Shown here: one piece after another, positions 19,302 to 29,900 of the stretch | Position numbering within the stretch: position 1 is the stretch's first letter | How the letters are laid out: each line of letters begins with the position of its first letter | IMG/VR virus record: IMGVR_UViG_3300017971_004694 | Length of the DNA: 64,000 nucleotides | Strand: one strand, 5' to 3' | From: a virus | The notes under the pieces: model-generated | The model's input: the letters and a program-made list of their open reading frames with translations, nothing else | The model's database searches: none | What the model was told of the DNA's origin: nothing | Made by a program: the position numbers and the translations under genes

Positions 19302-20043
19302 AACTTTCCTTTTCCTCTAATTTAGAAAGCAGATTTTCCAAAGGGTGTGTTCTAAGATATTGATCTATATCCTTAATGTCCTTGGGAAACGGGTTTGCCG
19401 CTCGCAGTGTGATTCCATCATATTGTCTTCTGTTGACTATTTTGGTGGCCTTTTCCTGTGCATCTTCTTCGTTGTCCAGCAAAAGAACAATGCTGTCTGT
19501 ATAGCGAGAGAGCAAAGCTATGTGCCTTGCGGATAGGAACGAGCCACAAGTGGCCGCAACGTTCTCCATGCCCTTCTGATGCGGCATAATTACGTCGTAG
19601 TATCCTTCTACCACATAAACTTTGTTTTCCTTGATTACGCTGTCCTTCGCAAAGTTGAGGCCATACAAGTGTTGAGTCTTTGGATAGACTGAGTTCATGT
19701 ATTTGGGGATGCCCTGGCGGTCTCTCTCCTCTTCAGACATCATTGTTCTGCCCGCTAGTGCTACATAGTTCCCATATACATCTCTGATAGGCATCACCAG
19801 GTTCCAAAGCCTAAACATACTCTTAGACGCATGCTTAATAAGACCCGCTGCTCGTAGCTCCTTGGGATCTACTATTTCAAACAATTCCCTCAAATCATGA
19901 GGGAATAGTCCAATCTGAAACTTCTCAATAGAATCAAGAGTAAGTTGCCTCTTCTCCGTCAAATATTTTAAAGTCTTGTCATCTTTCAGCAGCCTTTTCC
20001 GACAAAATTTCGCCACTTGCTCAACAATTTTGTCTTGTTCCAC
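19273..20043 (-). CDS. dnaG: DnaG-type primase catalytic core (TOPRIM), lacking zinc-binding domain
   Basis: YLTEKRQL..IEKFQIG, VALAGR, KYMNS, VVEGYYDV, LLLDNE. Confidence 0.8.
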   Translation of the reverse strand: MEQDKIVEQVAKFCRKRLLKDDKTLKYLTEKRQLTLDSIEKFQIGLFPHDLRELFEIVDPKELRAAGLIKHASKSMFRLWNLVMPIRDVYGNYVALAGRTMMSEEERDRQGIPKYMNSVYPKTQHLYGLNFAKDSVIKENKVYVVEGYYDVIMPHQKGMENVAATCGSFLSARHIALLSRYTDSIVLLLDNEEDAQEKATKIVNRRQYDGITLRAANPFPKDIKDIDQYLRTHPLENLLSKLEEKESYDNVEPLWE

Positions 20044-20373
20044 TTATTCCTCTTTTTCTTCATCTTCCAAGTGCATCTCCAAGCCTTTTAGAAATGCGGC
20101 AGTCACCCGAACTTGCGTTCCGCAAGTCTTACAGAACGCCTGACCATTTTCGATATAGAGTGGCCTGCCCGCTCTACACTGGTGGCACTGTGCCTGGAAG
20201 GCCGTCTTAGGGCTGCGCATAACTTGCTTGGCATCCTCAAGCGCCTTCTTGATAAAACTTGTGATTCCCTCAATTGGATTCTCACATGCTTCACAAATCA
20301 CCTCGCCGGTTGCTTTGTTAAGCTTTGCTTCAGTTTGCTGTAGGCAGCCTTTCTTCGTGCAGTTAATTAACAT
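20044..20373 (-). CDS. Double zinc-ribbon protein
   Basis: CTKKGC, CEAC, CHQC, CKTC. Confidence 0.7.
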   Translation of the reverse strand: MLINCTKKGCLQQTEAKLNKATGEVICEACENPIEGITSFIKKALEDAKQVMRSPKTAFQAQCHQCRAGRPLYIENGQAFCKTCGTQVRVTAAFLKGLEMHLEDEEKEE

Positions 20374-21479
20374 TACTCTTCCTCCTCTATTGGTTCCTCT
20401 GCTTTTGCACCAGAGGCTCTTGCTTCATTAGCCTTTTGAACAAGTTCCTCAGTAATTCCCTTTTGTTCAATATAATCATAAAAGTTTTTCTTTCCCTTTA
20501 TCTTCTGGTCGCCATATTCATACATCACATTGTTTGGTCTTACCACTACTCCATATTTTATAGCCAAGTCCGCCGCTTCAATGTGTCTATTGGTCAAACC
20601 CTCTGTATATCTAATATCAAACTCCCCAGAACGGAAAGGGGGCGCAACCTTATTCTTATCTATACGAGCCTTTACTCTGTGGCCAACTTGCACATCACCT
20701 TCCGTAATCCTAGTGTCAGCGGACGACAAGGGCAAGAAGTGAACCATTACAGAGCAGTAGTGCTTCCAAGCAGAGCCGCCCGTTGTGGTGGTTGGATCGC
20801 CCCACATCTTACCAGGGTCGGTCCTAACTTGATTGATGGCGATGAACACAACTCCGGTCTCAGACAGCAATGGCGTTAGTTTCCTAAGCTCTGGCGGCAA
20901 GAATCTTCCCATCAGGGCCATGTTGTTTTTACCAGACACGCTCGCTAGCTCCATCGGAGGAGCCACAGCAGCTATACTGTCCAATATAATTAGGCCAAGC
21001 CCCGACTCCTCTGCGCCGCCCTGAACTCTAACCAAATCCAGAAGGCCAGGTTTCAGTTTATTTTTGCCTGGTTCCTTATGCGGAACTCCACATAGCCTAG
21101 AGAATATCTTTGCGCCGTTATTTTCTTTATACAATATCAAACGATCAGGGCTTGTATCCACTCCAAGTAGCTTGGCCCAATCCATATCGAAAGTATATTC
21201 TGCGTCTATAAAGAGAACATAGTTTTTTGGATCCTTCTGCTGCCACTCTCTAGCGGCCATGAGACTCATGAGAGTCTTGCCGCTGCTCTCTTTTCCGGCA
21301 TACTGAGTAATCCTGCCCATGGGCAAGCCACCAACCCCCAGGGCGTCATCTACGGCTGGGCTCCCTGATGTTATTGCTTTTACATCAGCAATCAGGTCGT
21401 CATCTCCTCTATAAAATCCATCATCTCCATATTGTTTGATCATCTCGGACCATAGTGCTTCTACTTTGCTTTTAGCCAT
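20373..21479 (-). CDS. recA: RecA/UvsX-like recombinase
   Basis: Walker A GKESSGKT, FIDAE, LDSIAA, INQVR, GGSAWKHY, KNKVAPPFR. Confidence 0.92.
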   Translation of the reverse strand: MAKSKVEALWSEMIKQYGDDGFYRGDDDLIADVKAITSGSPAVDDALGVGGLPMGRITQYAGKESSGKTLMSLMAAREWQQKDPKNYVLFIDAEYTFDMDWAKLLGVDTSPDRLILYKENNGAKIFSRLCGVPHKEPGKNKLKPGLLDLVRVQGGAEESGLGLIILDSIAAVAPPMELASVSGKNNMALMGRFLPPELRKLTPLLSETGVVFIAINQVRTDPGKMWGDPTTTTGGSAWKHYCSVMVHFLPLSSADTRITEGDVQVGHRVKARIDKNKVAPPFRSGEFDIRYTEGLTNRHIEAADLAIKYGVVVRPNNVMYEYGDQKIKGKKNFYDYIEQKGITEELVQKANEARASGAKAEEPIEEEE

Positions 21480-22441
21480 TATTTTTGTTCTCCTTTTTCT
21501 AATGATTTTTTAAGCTTACTGAGCAATTCGGTTTGTTCTTCAGTGAGATTTTTGGGCAATTCTATTTTAACTTCTATTAGGTGATCACCCCAATGGCCAA
21601 ATTTATCCTTCATACCTCCGTCTTTAATTCGTATGACTGAGCTGGGTTGTGTGCCTGGAGCAATCTTTAGTTTCTTTTTACCTCCCAGAGTTTTTATTTC
21701 TATCGTATTTCCAAGTAAAGCATCAAACATACTTATTTTTAGTGAACTTAATATATCAGATCCATTATCCATCAGGCGGAACTCTTTGTGCGGAGCGTAT
21801 ATTACCACAAAGTCAATTTCTTTCGTGGCTGGTATTACCTGACCATACGCTGTGCCCGCAGGGATCGAGATTTCTATTTCATCTGAAACAATCTTGCCCC
21901 CACGACCATTGCACTCTTCACAATGACCCTTAACTTCTTTACCCATGCCCCTGCAATATCCGCAGGAGCTTCGCATCTTAATGACACCCCTATCTACAAT
22001 CTGCTCACCAAGTCCGTTGCAATTAGGGCAGTTCTTGTCTCCAAAGAGGATGCCCTGGGTGCATTTATCGCAATTAACCGTAGTGTCTATCCTAACCTTC
22101 TTCTTGCCGCCATTAAAAGCATCTTCCATGGGGACGGCAATATTTGCCGTTCTTTTCCGTTGTCTTCTAACTCTTGGGTTTTGAAACGGGCTTTGAAAGC
22201 CAAAACCCCCAAATGTTTGACTAAACAGATCGTTTAAGTCTTGCATGGGGTTAGGGCCATGAACCGTGCCATTCTTAATCGAATCATAAGCGGCATTGAT
22301 TTCTTTGAACTTTTCTTCTGCGTCCTTGCTTCCCTGATTCTTATCAGGATGCCATTTCTGGGCAAGCTCTTTCCAAGCTTTCTTGGCATCTTCCTTAGAG
22401 GCTCCTGGGCTCAAGCCTAGCACTTTATACGGATCTTGCAT
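21479..22441 (-). CDS. dnaJ: DnaJ co-chaperone
   Basis: J-domain with HPD, short G/F region, four CxxCxGxG-type repeats, C-terminal domain. Confidence 0.92.
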   Translation of the reverse strand: MQDPYKVLGLSPGASKEDAKKAWKELAQKWHPDKNQGSKDAEEKFKEINAAYDSIKNGTVHGPNPMQDLNDLFSQTFGGFGFQSPFQNPRVRRQRKRTANIAVPMEDAFNGGKKKVRIDTTVNCDKCTQGILFGDKNCPNCNGLGEQIVDRGVIKMRSSCGYCRGMGKEVKGHCEECNGRGGKIVSDEIEISIPAGTAYGQVIPATKEIDFVVIYAPHKEFRLMDNGSDILSSLKISMFDALLGNTIEIKTLGGKKKLKIAPGTQPSSVIRIKDGGMKDKFGHWGDHLIEVKIELPKNLTEEQTELLSKLKKSLEKGEQK

Positions 22442-23042
22442 CTTTCAACTCCAGAACACATGCCCAAGCGGCTGCAATTCCATCAGCCTCGTCATAAGCT
22501 TCTTTGGCTACATTGCCCTTTCTATTTATGAGTGTTTCAAATGTCGGTTCCAGTTTGTCGATAATCAGATCTGGTATTCCTTCTTTTTCTATCTTCTTGG
22601 GAAGCTTACAAGCATTCTTGATAATCTTTCTAATCGTCTGGGACGGATAGAATATAATCTCTGCATCGCTATTTTTATGAGCAGAGAGGGCTGCGACTCT
22701 GTTGAACGTAGCTAAAATCGTGATTGTCTTTGCCTGAGACTTCCCTTTCATGAATAACAATATGTCTTCTATGGAAACGTGCGTGGGCTCAAGCTCCTCG
22801 CACAGGGTCTTTATAGTTTCATAGACGCCATCCAGTCGCTCTATAAGTCCATGTTTGCTGTCGAGCGGCTTGATATGGCCATAAGCTAATAGATGGGGCT
22901 CGTCGTTCAAGTCAACAAGACCCCATCCAATTGTAGATGAACTACAATCTAATCCCAATACTTTAATGTCAGCTTTAGAATCGGCTACTTTAACGAGCCG
23001 ACTCTTTTTTATACATTTCTCTTCTTTTTCTAATTTCCTCAT
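22425..23042 (-). CDS. RuvC-like Holliday junction resolvase
   Basis: VLGLDCSSSTIGWG, IED, DEADGIAAA; start uncertain. Confidence 0.75.
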   Translation of the reverse strand: MRKLEKEEKCIKKSRLVKVADSKADIKVLGLDCSSSTIGWGLVDLNDEPHLLAYGHIKPLDSKHGLIERLDGVYETIKTLCEELEPTHVSIEDILLFMKGKSQAKTITILATFNRVAALSAHKNSDAEIIFYPSQTIRKIIKNACKLPKKIEKEGIPDLIIDKLEPTFETLINRKGNVAKEAYDEADGIAAAWACVLELKDARSV

Positions 23043-23427
23043 TAATATCTAATCTGTGAAAGACTCCCATGGTTTTACCTTCTAAGACCCTTTTATCATA
23101 CAACCTTTTCATATTAACTATATCATTGACGCGCCTCTGGTCGATATTACCACACCTCTCAACCTCGGGCTCTACTTTGCACAGCTTAGAAAGAGCATCA
23201 ATTATATAATCCCTATGTTCGCCAGACATAAATTCAAGTAGATTATCTATGTGTTCCCATTTACTCCAATAAGAACTCACTCTTTCTTTTGCTTTGGACA
23301 TCTTTTTGTCCCAAGTTTCCTTGTCGTCATCAACATTTAGGTCGCTGATCAATGCCTTCATAAATTCTTCAAACATCTCTCTTTCGTTTTCCCACCTTCT
23401 CATTTCTTCTATCCAATTGTCAGACAT
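22990..23427 (-). CDS. Hypothetical protein, paralog of neighbour
   Basis: Shares MKAL..DDD..W.K.M and KR..DKR...G.FHR.D with 23429..23755. Confidence 0.7.
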   Translation of the reverse strand: MSDNWIEEMRRWENEREMFEEFMKALISDLNVDDDKETWDKKMSKAKERVSSYWSKWEHIDNLLEFMSGEHRDYIIDALSKLCKVEPEVERCGNIDQRRVNDIVNMKRLYDKRVLEGKTMGVFHRLDINEEIRKRREMYKKESAR

Positions 23428-23428
23428 C

Positions 23429-23755
23429 TCAATCACCTTCTTCGGGGTCTATTCTATGAAAGCACCCTATACTACCCTTTTTTATATGTCTTTTATCACT
23501 ATCTCTTTTTGCATTGATAAGCTTATCTATAATCTTTTGATCCACAACACTGTCAAAGGATTCCATGCGATTCGCAAAGTCGGCTATTTTCAACAAAGTT
23601 TCTTCGACATTTTCTACATTAGTGCTTTTCATCCCAACAAGTTGTCGAACTTCGTCCATCGTTTTGCGCCACCCCTCGTCATCGTCTGGGTTCAAATTTT
23701 TCAGAGCTTTCATTACTTTTCGAATTCTTTCAATTTCTTTATCATTTTCAGACAT
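23429..23755 (-). CDS. Hypothetical protein, paralog of neighbour
   Basis: See above; start refined to MSEND. Confidence 0.7.
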   Translation of the reverse strand: MSENDKEIERIRKVMKALKNLNPDDDEGWRKTMDEVRQLVGMKSTNVENVEETLLKIADFANRMESFDSVVDQKIIDKLINAKRDSDKRHIKKGSIGCFHRIDPEEGD

Positions 23756-23765
23756 CTCAATCACC

Positions 23766-24365
23766 TCAGTTGGGCTCGGGATCTGCTTCCTCAAGCTCAT
23801 TTATTAAATCACTCAGTTTATGACCTATAAGACCAATGTCTTTCTCATTTATTTTCTCGAACTCCTGACAACTCTTAACGAAATCAGCTTCAAGCTTTCT
23901 GCCTGAGCCCATTAAAGATTTGTGTAAGTCTGCCCAAGAGCCGTTGTAGTTCTGATCCCTGATGGCCGCGAGCCTTTCAGGATAGAACTCTTGTATGTTG
24001 AATTCTGAGAACATAGATAAATCTACCACTGAGAAGTCCAGCTGCTTATTAAAGTCATCTGCGAACTTTTTGATGTCTGCTAAACACGCGCATATCTTAT
24101 GTAAATACTTATTAAGCGACCTTGAGGTGGGCATTATTGTTCCTACATAGAAGGTCATTATGGGGTCATCTGGACTATCAAAATTGGGTGGAGAGCACCC
24201 AAAGCCATGACTGTGAGTGATTTCCATAATCTTGAATATCAACTTCTGACTTATGTGATCGCGATCAAATATAACCTGTGCCTCAATCCTTGGGGGCCTG
24301 GACATAAAGTGAAGCACATTAAACTCTTCCAGCTCAATTATCTCTACATCAATAGGTTTGTCCAT
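23766..24365 (-). CDS. Hypothetical protein
   Basis: In-operon ORF. Confidence 0.7.
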   Translation of the reverse strand: MDKPIDVEIIELEEFNVLHFMSRPPRIEAQVIFDRDHISQKLIFKIMEITHSHGFGCSPPNFDSPDDPIMTFYVGTIMPTSRSLNKYLHKICACLADIKKFADDFNKQLDFSVVDLSMFSEFNIQEFYPERLAAIRDQNYNGSWADLHKSLMGSGRKLEADFVKSCQEFEKINEKDIGLIGHKLSDLINELEEADPEPN

Positions 24366-24387
24366 ATATTATACTCACAAAATAAGT

Positions 24388-24430
24388 GCCGCTGGGCTCC
24401 AGGCCACGTTGAAGTTTGGAGCCCAGCGGC
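24388..24430. promoter_or_regulatory. Perfect 14-bp hairpin downstream of ssb with 15-nt loop
   Basis: gccgctgggctcca / tggagcccagcggc; T5 on plus side, weaker U tract on minus side. Confidence 0.75.
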
Positions 24431-24449
24431 TTTTTGCTACTATTGCTGC

Positions 24450-25097
24450 TTACAGTTCATCTCCGAAGTTGAAATCATCGTCACTAATGGACGGCTTCGA
24501 ATCAGCTGAAACGGTCTTGGTTCCAACGGCATACTGGGCACCAGTCCCATTATCACCGGAGGCTCCCATCTTTTCCAGCACTTCTTCGGGAGTGAGTGGC
24601 TGGGTGAACTTGGTAATGTCCACGCGCTCGAAAAAGCCCTTGGCCAGCGCCTTCTCCTCATCGGTCAATGGAGACTTGTTAGGATCACCCATCACCGTGT
24701 AAAGAGGCTGAGAGCCCTTAGGGCCCCTGTTGACGCTGATATCATAGGCAGTCACGTCTCCCCACTTGGGGTTGTTCACATGCTTCTTGATACCCAGATA
24801 AATCTGACTGGAAATCTCCAGAATCTTGGGCTGACCGGATTTGCGATCCAGAACACCCAGGTACCAACGGCACTGAGTCTTCTCACCCTTTTTGCAAAGG
24901 GGGCAATTCTCAATAGCGCAACGAATCTTACGAGTCGATCCGCTAGCGTCCTTAACCCAATGGACGACGAACTGGTAAGGCTTAGTAAGGACTCTCACCT
25001 CATTATCACCTTGCTCCAAGTTCATGAAATCATTTCCACCAGAAACATTTCCTTCGTCCCAATCTACCTGTCCGTATTTAATCTCTGCGTTTGCCAT
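24450..25097 (-). CDS. Single-stranded DNA-binding protein (gp32-like)
   Basis: F..L..GDNEVRVL, HW, CxxxxCPLC zinc site, acidic aromatic C-tail SDDDFNFGDEL; start refined to ATG 25097 (AAGGAG RBS). Confidence 0.8.
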   Translation of the reverse strand: MANAEIKYGQVDWDEGNVSGGNDFMNLEQGDNEVRVLTKPYQFVVHWVKDASGSTRKIRCAIENCPLCKKGEKTQCRWYLGVLDRKSGQPKILEISSQIYLGIKKHVNNPKWGDVTAYDISVNRGPKGSQPLYTVMGDPNKSPLTDEEKALAKGFFERVDITKFTQPLTPEEVLEKMGASGDNGTGAQYAVGTKTVSADSKPSISDDDFNFGDEL

Positions 25098-25214
25098 AAT
25101 TTTTCTCCTTGTTGCCCTTGGTGCTCTCTCGGCACATAATCGGGCGGTTAGATTTTTGATATGTTTTGCAAAAGACTTCAACTCCTTTGACGAACATATC
25201 TTTCAACGTGGCCT
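25098..25214 (-). ncRNA. Structured ssb 5' leader (candidate cis-regulatory RNA)
   Basis: Hairpin 25158-25200, nested stems 25114-25145, and a 13-nt element complementary to the downstream hairpin loop. Confidence 0.55.
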
Positions 25215-25458
25215 ATCTTTGTTTATACATTAAACTTCTTACATGATCAATGTTACTTCCGTGAATCCATTCTTCAACGAGGTCTCGCTCGCCAGGCTCT
25301 GCAAGTTTCTTCTCCATATCCGGATCTGAAACCCAAAATCCAACTCCATGAAACCATGAACCCTCAAAAGGAGGCCCCTTCTTTACAACAACGAACACCT
25401 TCTTGGTTTCCTTCGTATATGCAGCCCAATATAAATCTTCTCTTTTTATCTCTACCAT
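25213..25458 (-). CDS. Hypothetical protein
   Basis: In-operon ORF. Confidence 0.6.
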   Translation of the reverse strand: MVEIKREDLYWAAYTKETKKVFVVVKKGPPFEGSWFHGVGFWVSDPDMEKKLAEPGERDLVEEWIHGSNIDHVRSLMYKQR

Positions 25459-25970
25459 TCTTTCTCTCCCCAGCTTGTTTTATCGGTGGTTACTTCAGAA
25501 AAGCCAGCAGATCGCATATGTTGCTGCTCCGCCTTGAGCTTATCTTTCATATACTGATGTGATTTCAGAAACCACTTATGCTTGTCTTCAAACCAGTGCT
25601 TCACAGTCTCGGCTTTCATCAAAGCCTCACAAGCCTCTACATAATCAGGATGACTTTCAGCATAAGCCTTTCTTTCCTCTACTGTCTTATGCCCCTCACC
25701 CTTGGCTGCTAAATATAGCTTCTGTCTCGTTGTATTTTTCTCAAGCTTCATCTTTTGCGTATGATGAATAAGAGCCGAATGAATTTCGCTACATCTATCA
25801 GCCGCCCTCAGATATACGCCCGCGAGTTTTTCAGCAATGGCTATATCAATATTAGTATCTTGAGGCAATTGCTCCGACATCTCTTTGAACTCCGATATAT
25901 CTATATTCATCGGGTCAAATGTGTCTAGTGCCAATGACTCTTTAAGCGTCAGACTTTTTTCCTCGGTCAT
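25452..25970 (-). CDS. Coiled-coil protein, possibly UvsY-like recombination mediator
   Basis: All-helical, KTVEERKAYAESHPDY resembles UvsY-type segment; near ssb and recA. Confidence 0.45.
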   Translation of the reverse strand: MTEEKSLTLKESLALDTFDPMNIDISEFKEMSEQLPQDTNIDIAIAEKLAGVYLRAADRCSEIHSALIHHTQKMKLEKNTTRQKLYLAAKGEGHKTVEERKAYAESHPDYVEACEALMKAETVKHWFEDKHKWFLKSHQYMKDKLKAEQQHMRSAGFSEVTTDKTSWGEKEW

Positions 25971-26235
25971 TTAATATTTCCCTTACCTGTCTTTCTACGC
26001 GCCTAAGGCGCTGGTTTATCATCAGATTTTGCAGAAAAAATATAACGCCCCAGCCAATCTGTCTCCCCGGAGGCGTTTTGATTAGAATAATGCAACCATC
26101 GCCATCCACTTCAAACATGTCTCTAAACTGATCTTTGCCTGAATACGTTCCATAAGTAAAAGACTCAACAATCTTTTTGTATTCTTCGTATTCTGCATTA
26201 GTCATATCGACTTGCTTGTAGTCAACGACTTTCAT
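25942..26235 (-). CDS. Hypothetical protein
   Basis: In-operon ORF. Confidence 0.65.
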   Translation of the reverse strand: MKVVDYKQVDMTNAEYEEYKKIVESFTYGTYSGKDQFRDMFEVDGDGCIILIKTPPGRQIGWGVIFFLQNLMINQRLRRVERQVREILNDRGKKSDA

Positions 26236-26858
26236 TAACCACTCCTACGAACCGATCCAGAACCCGACTTCAAAGCCTGCTGCTGTTTGGCCAATCTCAA
26301 CAATCTCTCTTGTTCCAGCCTGGGGTTTCCATCAAGTTCGGAATCGCTCATATGACCGCCACCACCCTTTGCTCCAAGTTGAGATAGGACATTGGCCATA
26401 TTGGCATGTTCATCCTCCACAGGCCCTTCCTGGTCCATCCCAGCAGCCACTACAGCCGCCTGGTCCACCATACTATACTTTTCCCTAACAGCCTGCTCAA
26501 AAAGTTGCTCTCGCGTCTTGGGATCTATACCTTCCATCTGGGAAACATTAATAATGTCTGCGTCTTCCACCTCTTCAGTCACAACTTCTCTATTTGAAAG
26601 TTCCTGTTTCTGCCGCCTTGGCGGAGCCTTACGCTGCACAAGAGGAGAAATTTCATATTTGACCGCCAAGGCAGTCGCCAGCTTCCTCACGGTGCCCTCG
26701 CGCAAGGCCACTTCAGAGGAAATTGTCTGCTCAAGATCTTCTATTAGAGCAAGTAGTTCCTCATCCATGATTTGATTGCCGCAAGAAGGGCATACATTTT
26801 GAGCAATTGCGTGCTTAAGCTCTGGTGATATTTCAAAATTACAAGATCTGCATTTCAT
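26235..26858 (-). CDS. Zinc-ribbon hypothetical protein
   Basis: N-terminal CRSC...CPSC. Confidence 0.7.
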   Translation of the reverse strand: MKCRSCNFEISPELKHAIAQNVCPSCGNQIMDEELLALIEDLEQTISSEVALREGTVRKLATALAVKYEISPLVQRKAPPRRQKQELSNREVVTEEVEDADIINVSQMEGIDPKTREQLFEQAVREKYSMVDQAAVVAAGMDQEGPVEDEHANMANVLSQLGAKGGGGHMSDSELDGNPRLEQERLLRLAKQQQALKSGSGSVRRSG

Positions 26859-26892
26859 TTTCGTTCTACCTCTCTACCATAATTTAATGCCT

Positions 26893-26901
26893 TATTGATA
26901 G
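26893..26901 (-). promoter_or_regulatory. Putative phage promoter core CTATCAATA
   Basis: Intergenic, 35 nt upstream of ATG 26858. Confidence 0.5.
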
Positions 26902-26917
26902 ATAGTCAAGTCTTTTT

Positions 26918-29900
26918 CTACAATCCTTGCGCTTTTTCTATCTCTCGTAGCATAATGGTCTTTACTCCATTAAATTCGCTTACTTGGCATTTTGCTCTGA
27001 TTTGTCTTCCCTCCTTCATAATTTTCTTAGCAATTTCATACTGATCCGGCCAAACAGTCAATTCGGTTTCGCCACCATCCACGTCCGCCACACGATATTT
27101 AATCATCATTTGGCCCTTGTATCTTCCGCTTTTTATTTTGAACTCTCTCAACATATTTTTGACGAGGAACTCAACCATTATATTGTGGCGATCTGGCAGA
27201 ATCTTGAGTCTGGCCATGGGTGTTGTGCCCACACCCGTGAAGAAACCGGGAAACATATCATTTACATTCCCTGTGAGCAACTCTCCCAATACATCCTGCT
27301 CATGTCTCAAAAGCTCCTGTCTTGGCCACTCCTCTTCCTCAACCTTTATAGCGCACTCCTCAACAACCAGCTCGGCACCATAACCATCCTTTTTCTTGTT
27401 CCTGATGAAAGCGGTCATTTTATCTCTGTTCTTTTTAGCCCCATCATGAACTCCTTTGCGAGATAGATTAAAAGAATCAAAGCAACCAGCTTTGGCAAGA
27501 ACTTCCTGCCTGGTCTTGTTTATAATCCTGCCGTCAGTTTTATAGAGAAACTCCATAATGTTGGCGTAGGGCTGTTTATTTACAATTTCTGCAACAGCCT
27601 TTTCACCTAAGCCCTTAATAGCCGCAAAGCCCATAACTATTGATTCCTCATCAAGAACCTCATAGCTGGCTCCGCTTCTGTTAAGATCGGGCGGAATTAT
27701 CTTAATGCCCATTCTGCGGCACTCTTCCTTAGCCATGGCCACTTCTTCGTCCTTGTGAATGCCGCCGCGCTCAGTTTTTACTTTTAGATATGCAGCCAAA
27801 AAAGCTGCTGGATAATGACACTTTAGATATGCTGTGATATATCCATTGATAGAATAGAATACTGCGTGAGACTTATTAAAACCATAGCCGCTGAACTTAC
27901 CCACGACCTGATCCCAAAGATTCTTGGAGAATTCATATTCTACATCGTGTTTCTTCATCAAACCCTCGATGAAGTCCACCTCTAATTGAAGAGCCAGTTC
28001 TGGATTCTTGCCCTTGAGTTTCGTAAGCTTCCTCAAGCCATCCGCCTTATTGAGGTCCCAGCCTGCTACATCTTGGGCCACACCCATCAACTGCTCCTCC
28101 ATGACGCACAATCCATATGTAGGGGTGAGAGATTTTGTCAAACTTGGGTGCAGATATGAGATTTTCTTTCTTCCAAACCTACGATCAATATATTCTTGTC
28201 TTTCCTCCTTAGAACATGACGGACGGCCAAGGGCATTTACCATGGCAATGTCCAAGATATTGTTGGGTTTTACTTTTTTGCAAAGCGTCACCATCATCCC
28301 TGACTTGCCCAACTGGAAAACACATCTGGTATTTCCATTTTGAATCATCTTATAGGTTTCTTCATCGCCCATAGGAATATCTTCCATTCTTTCTGGGCCC
28401 TTCATTCCCAGACGCCTAATATTCTTGAAAGTTTCATCTATAACATCCAAGGTGGAAATGGCCAAGAAGTCCATTTTAATCAACCCAAGAGATTCACACC
28501 TATTCTTCTCATATTGGACGGCGACATCACCGTTCTTATCAACCCTTAGTGGCGCAAATTCGATAATCGGTATGTCTGAAATTACCATAGCCGCCGCATG
28601 TGTGGAGAATTCTTTAGGCATCCCAACAATTTGGTCAGCATATTCCATAAGTTCTGGGCACCTATCGGCAAATTTCCTTAGATCTGCCGAAAGCTCCATC
28701 GCTCTTTCCAGCGTCTTAACCCTCTTTCCTTTATTATCTTGTTCTGGAATAGCTTTCTTAATGGCCTCGGACACTCTCACATAGTTAGTTCCCTCAGGAA
28801 CAAGCCCAGGCATAACGTTCCTCATGGACTTTACCAAATCGGGAATGACACTTTTGGCTGTATATGAATTGATATTAGAAACTGTTGCACAATGATCATG
28901 GCCATATTTCTCTCGAACATAATTCTGAACTGCATCCCTCCCCGAGGAAGTAAAATCCGTATCGATGTCGGGGAGGTCGGTTTTATAAGCATTTTGAAAC
29001 CTCTCAAATAACAGACCATATTCTATTGGATCTACGCCATGAATACCCAGCAAATAAGCAACCATACAACCACCAACACTGCCTCGTCCTACGCCAACCA
29101 GTATGCCATTTTCTCTGGACCAATTGATAAAGTCGGCAGTAACCAACATATAAGATGAGAAGTCATTTGCTTCCAATACCTTAAGCTCATGAACCACCCT
29201 GTCCCAACGCTCTTTCCTTTCTTCTGTAGACATATGCCCAAACTTTTCCTTAAAGCCCTTGACAAGCCTGAAGCGCATGAACTCAACATCTTCCTTGAGC
29301 CCAGATGCCATCTTTGCCGTCTTGCGCCAATCAAGGAACTCATCATAGTCTTTTTCGACTTCAGGTTCGAACACAGGAAGGTGATTACCTGTGGTTTCCA
29401 TATAGTCCGGAGGCTCGCACATACCGGCGATCTTGACCGTATTTCCAAGTGCTTCATCGGCCACTTCAGTTCCATAGTGTTTGGATAGAAAGTCATATAC
29501 CTCTTCACCAGATTTGGCGTAGAACTCGTCTAACCCATATCGATGCCTATTGGGATCATCGACAGGAGCTTTAGAATTTATGGCCATAAGCGTGTCGTGG
29601 TATTTTTCGGAATCTCTGGTTAAGTAGTGTGTATCAACCGAAACCGTCAATGGAATGCCCAGCTTGTTGCCAAGCCTTATAAGACCTTCATTAATTATCT
29701 TTTGGTCTATTCGTTCGTTTTTAAGGTGATGTGGCTGTATCTCTACAAAGAAACGTTCGCCAAAAATATCGAGGAACCTAAGAGCCACTTCCTGTGCCTC
29801 GTCTAGCTTGTCATCCATAATCAGCACAGAAAGAGGGCCACTGCTACAAGCAGAAGTGCAGATAAGACCCTCATTGTGTTTCTCAAGCACTTCCCAGCTT

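Noticed and set aside
24368-24373. TATAAT just upstream of 23766..24365
   Set aside because: Only 2 nt from the ATG, too close for a -10 box; no -35
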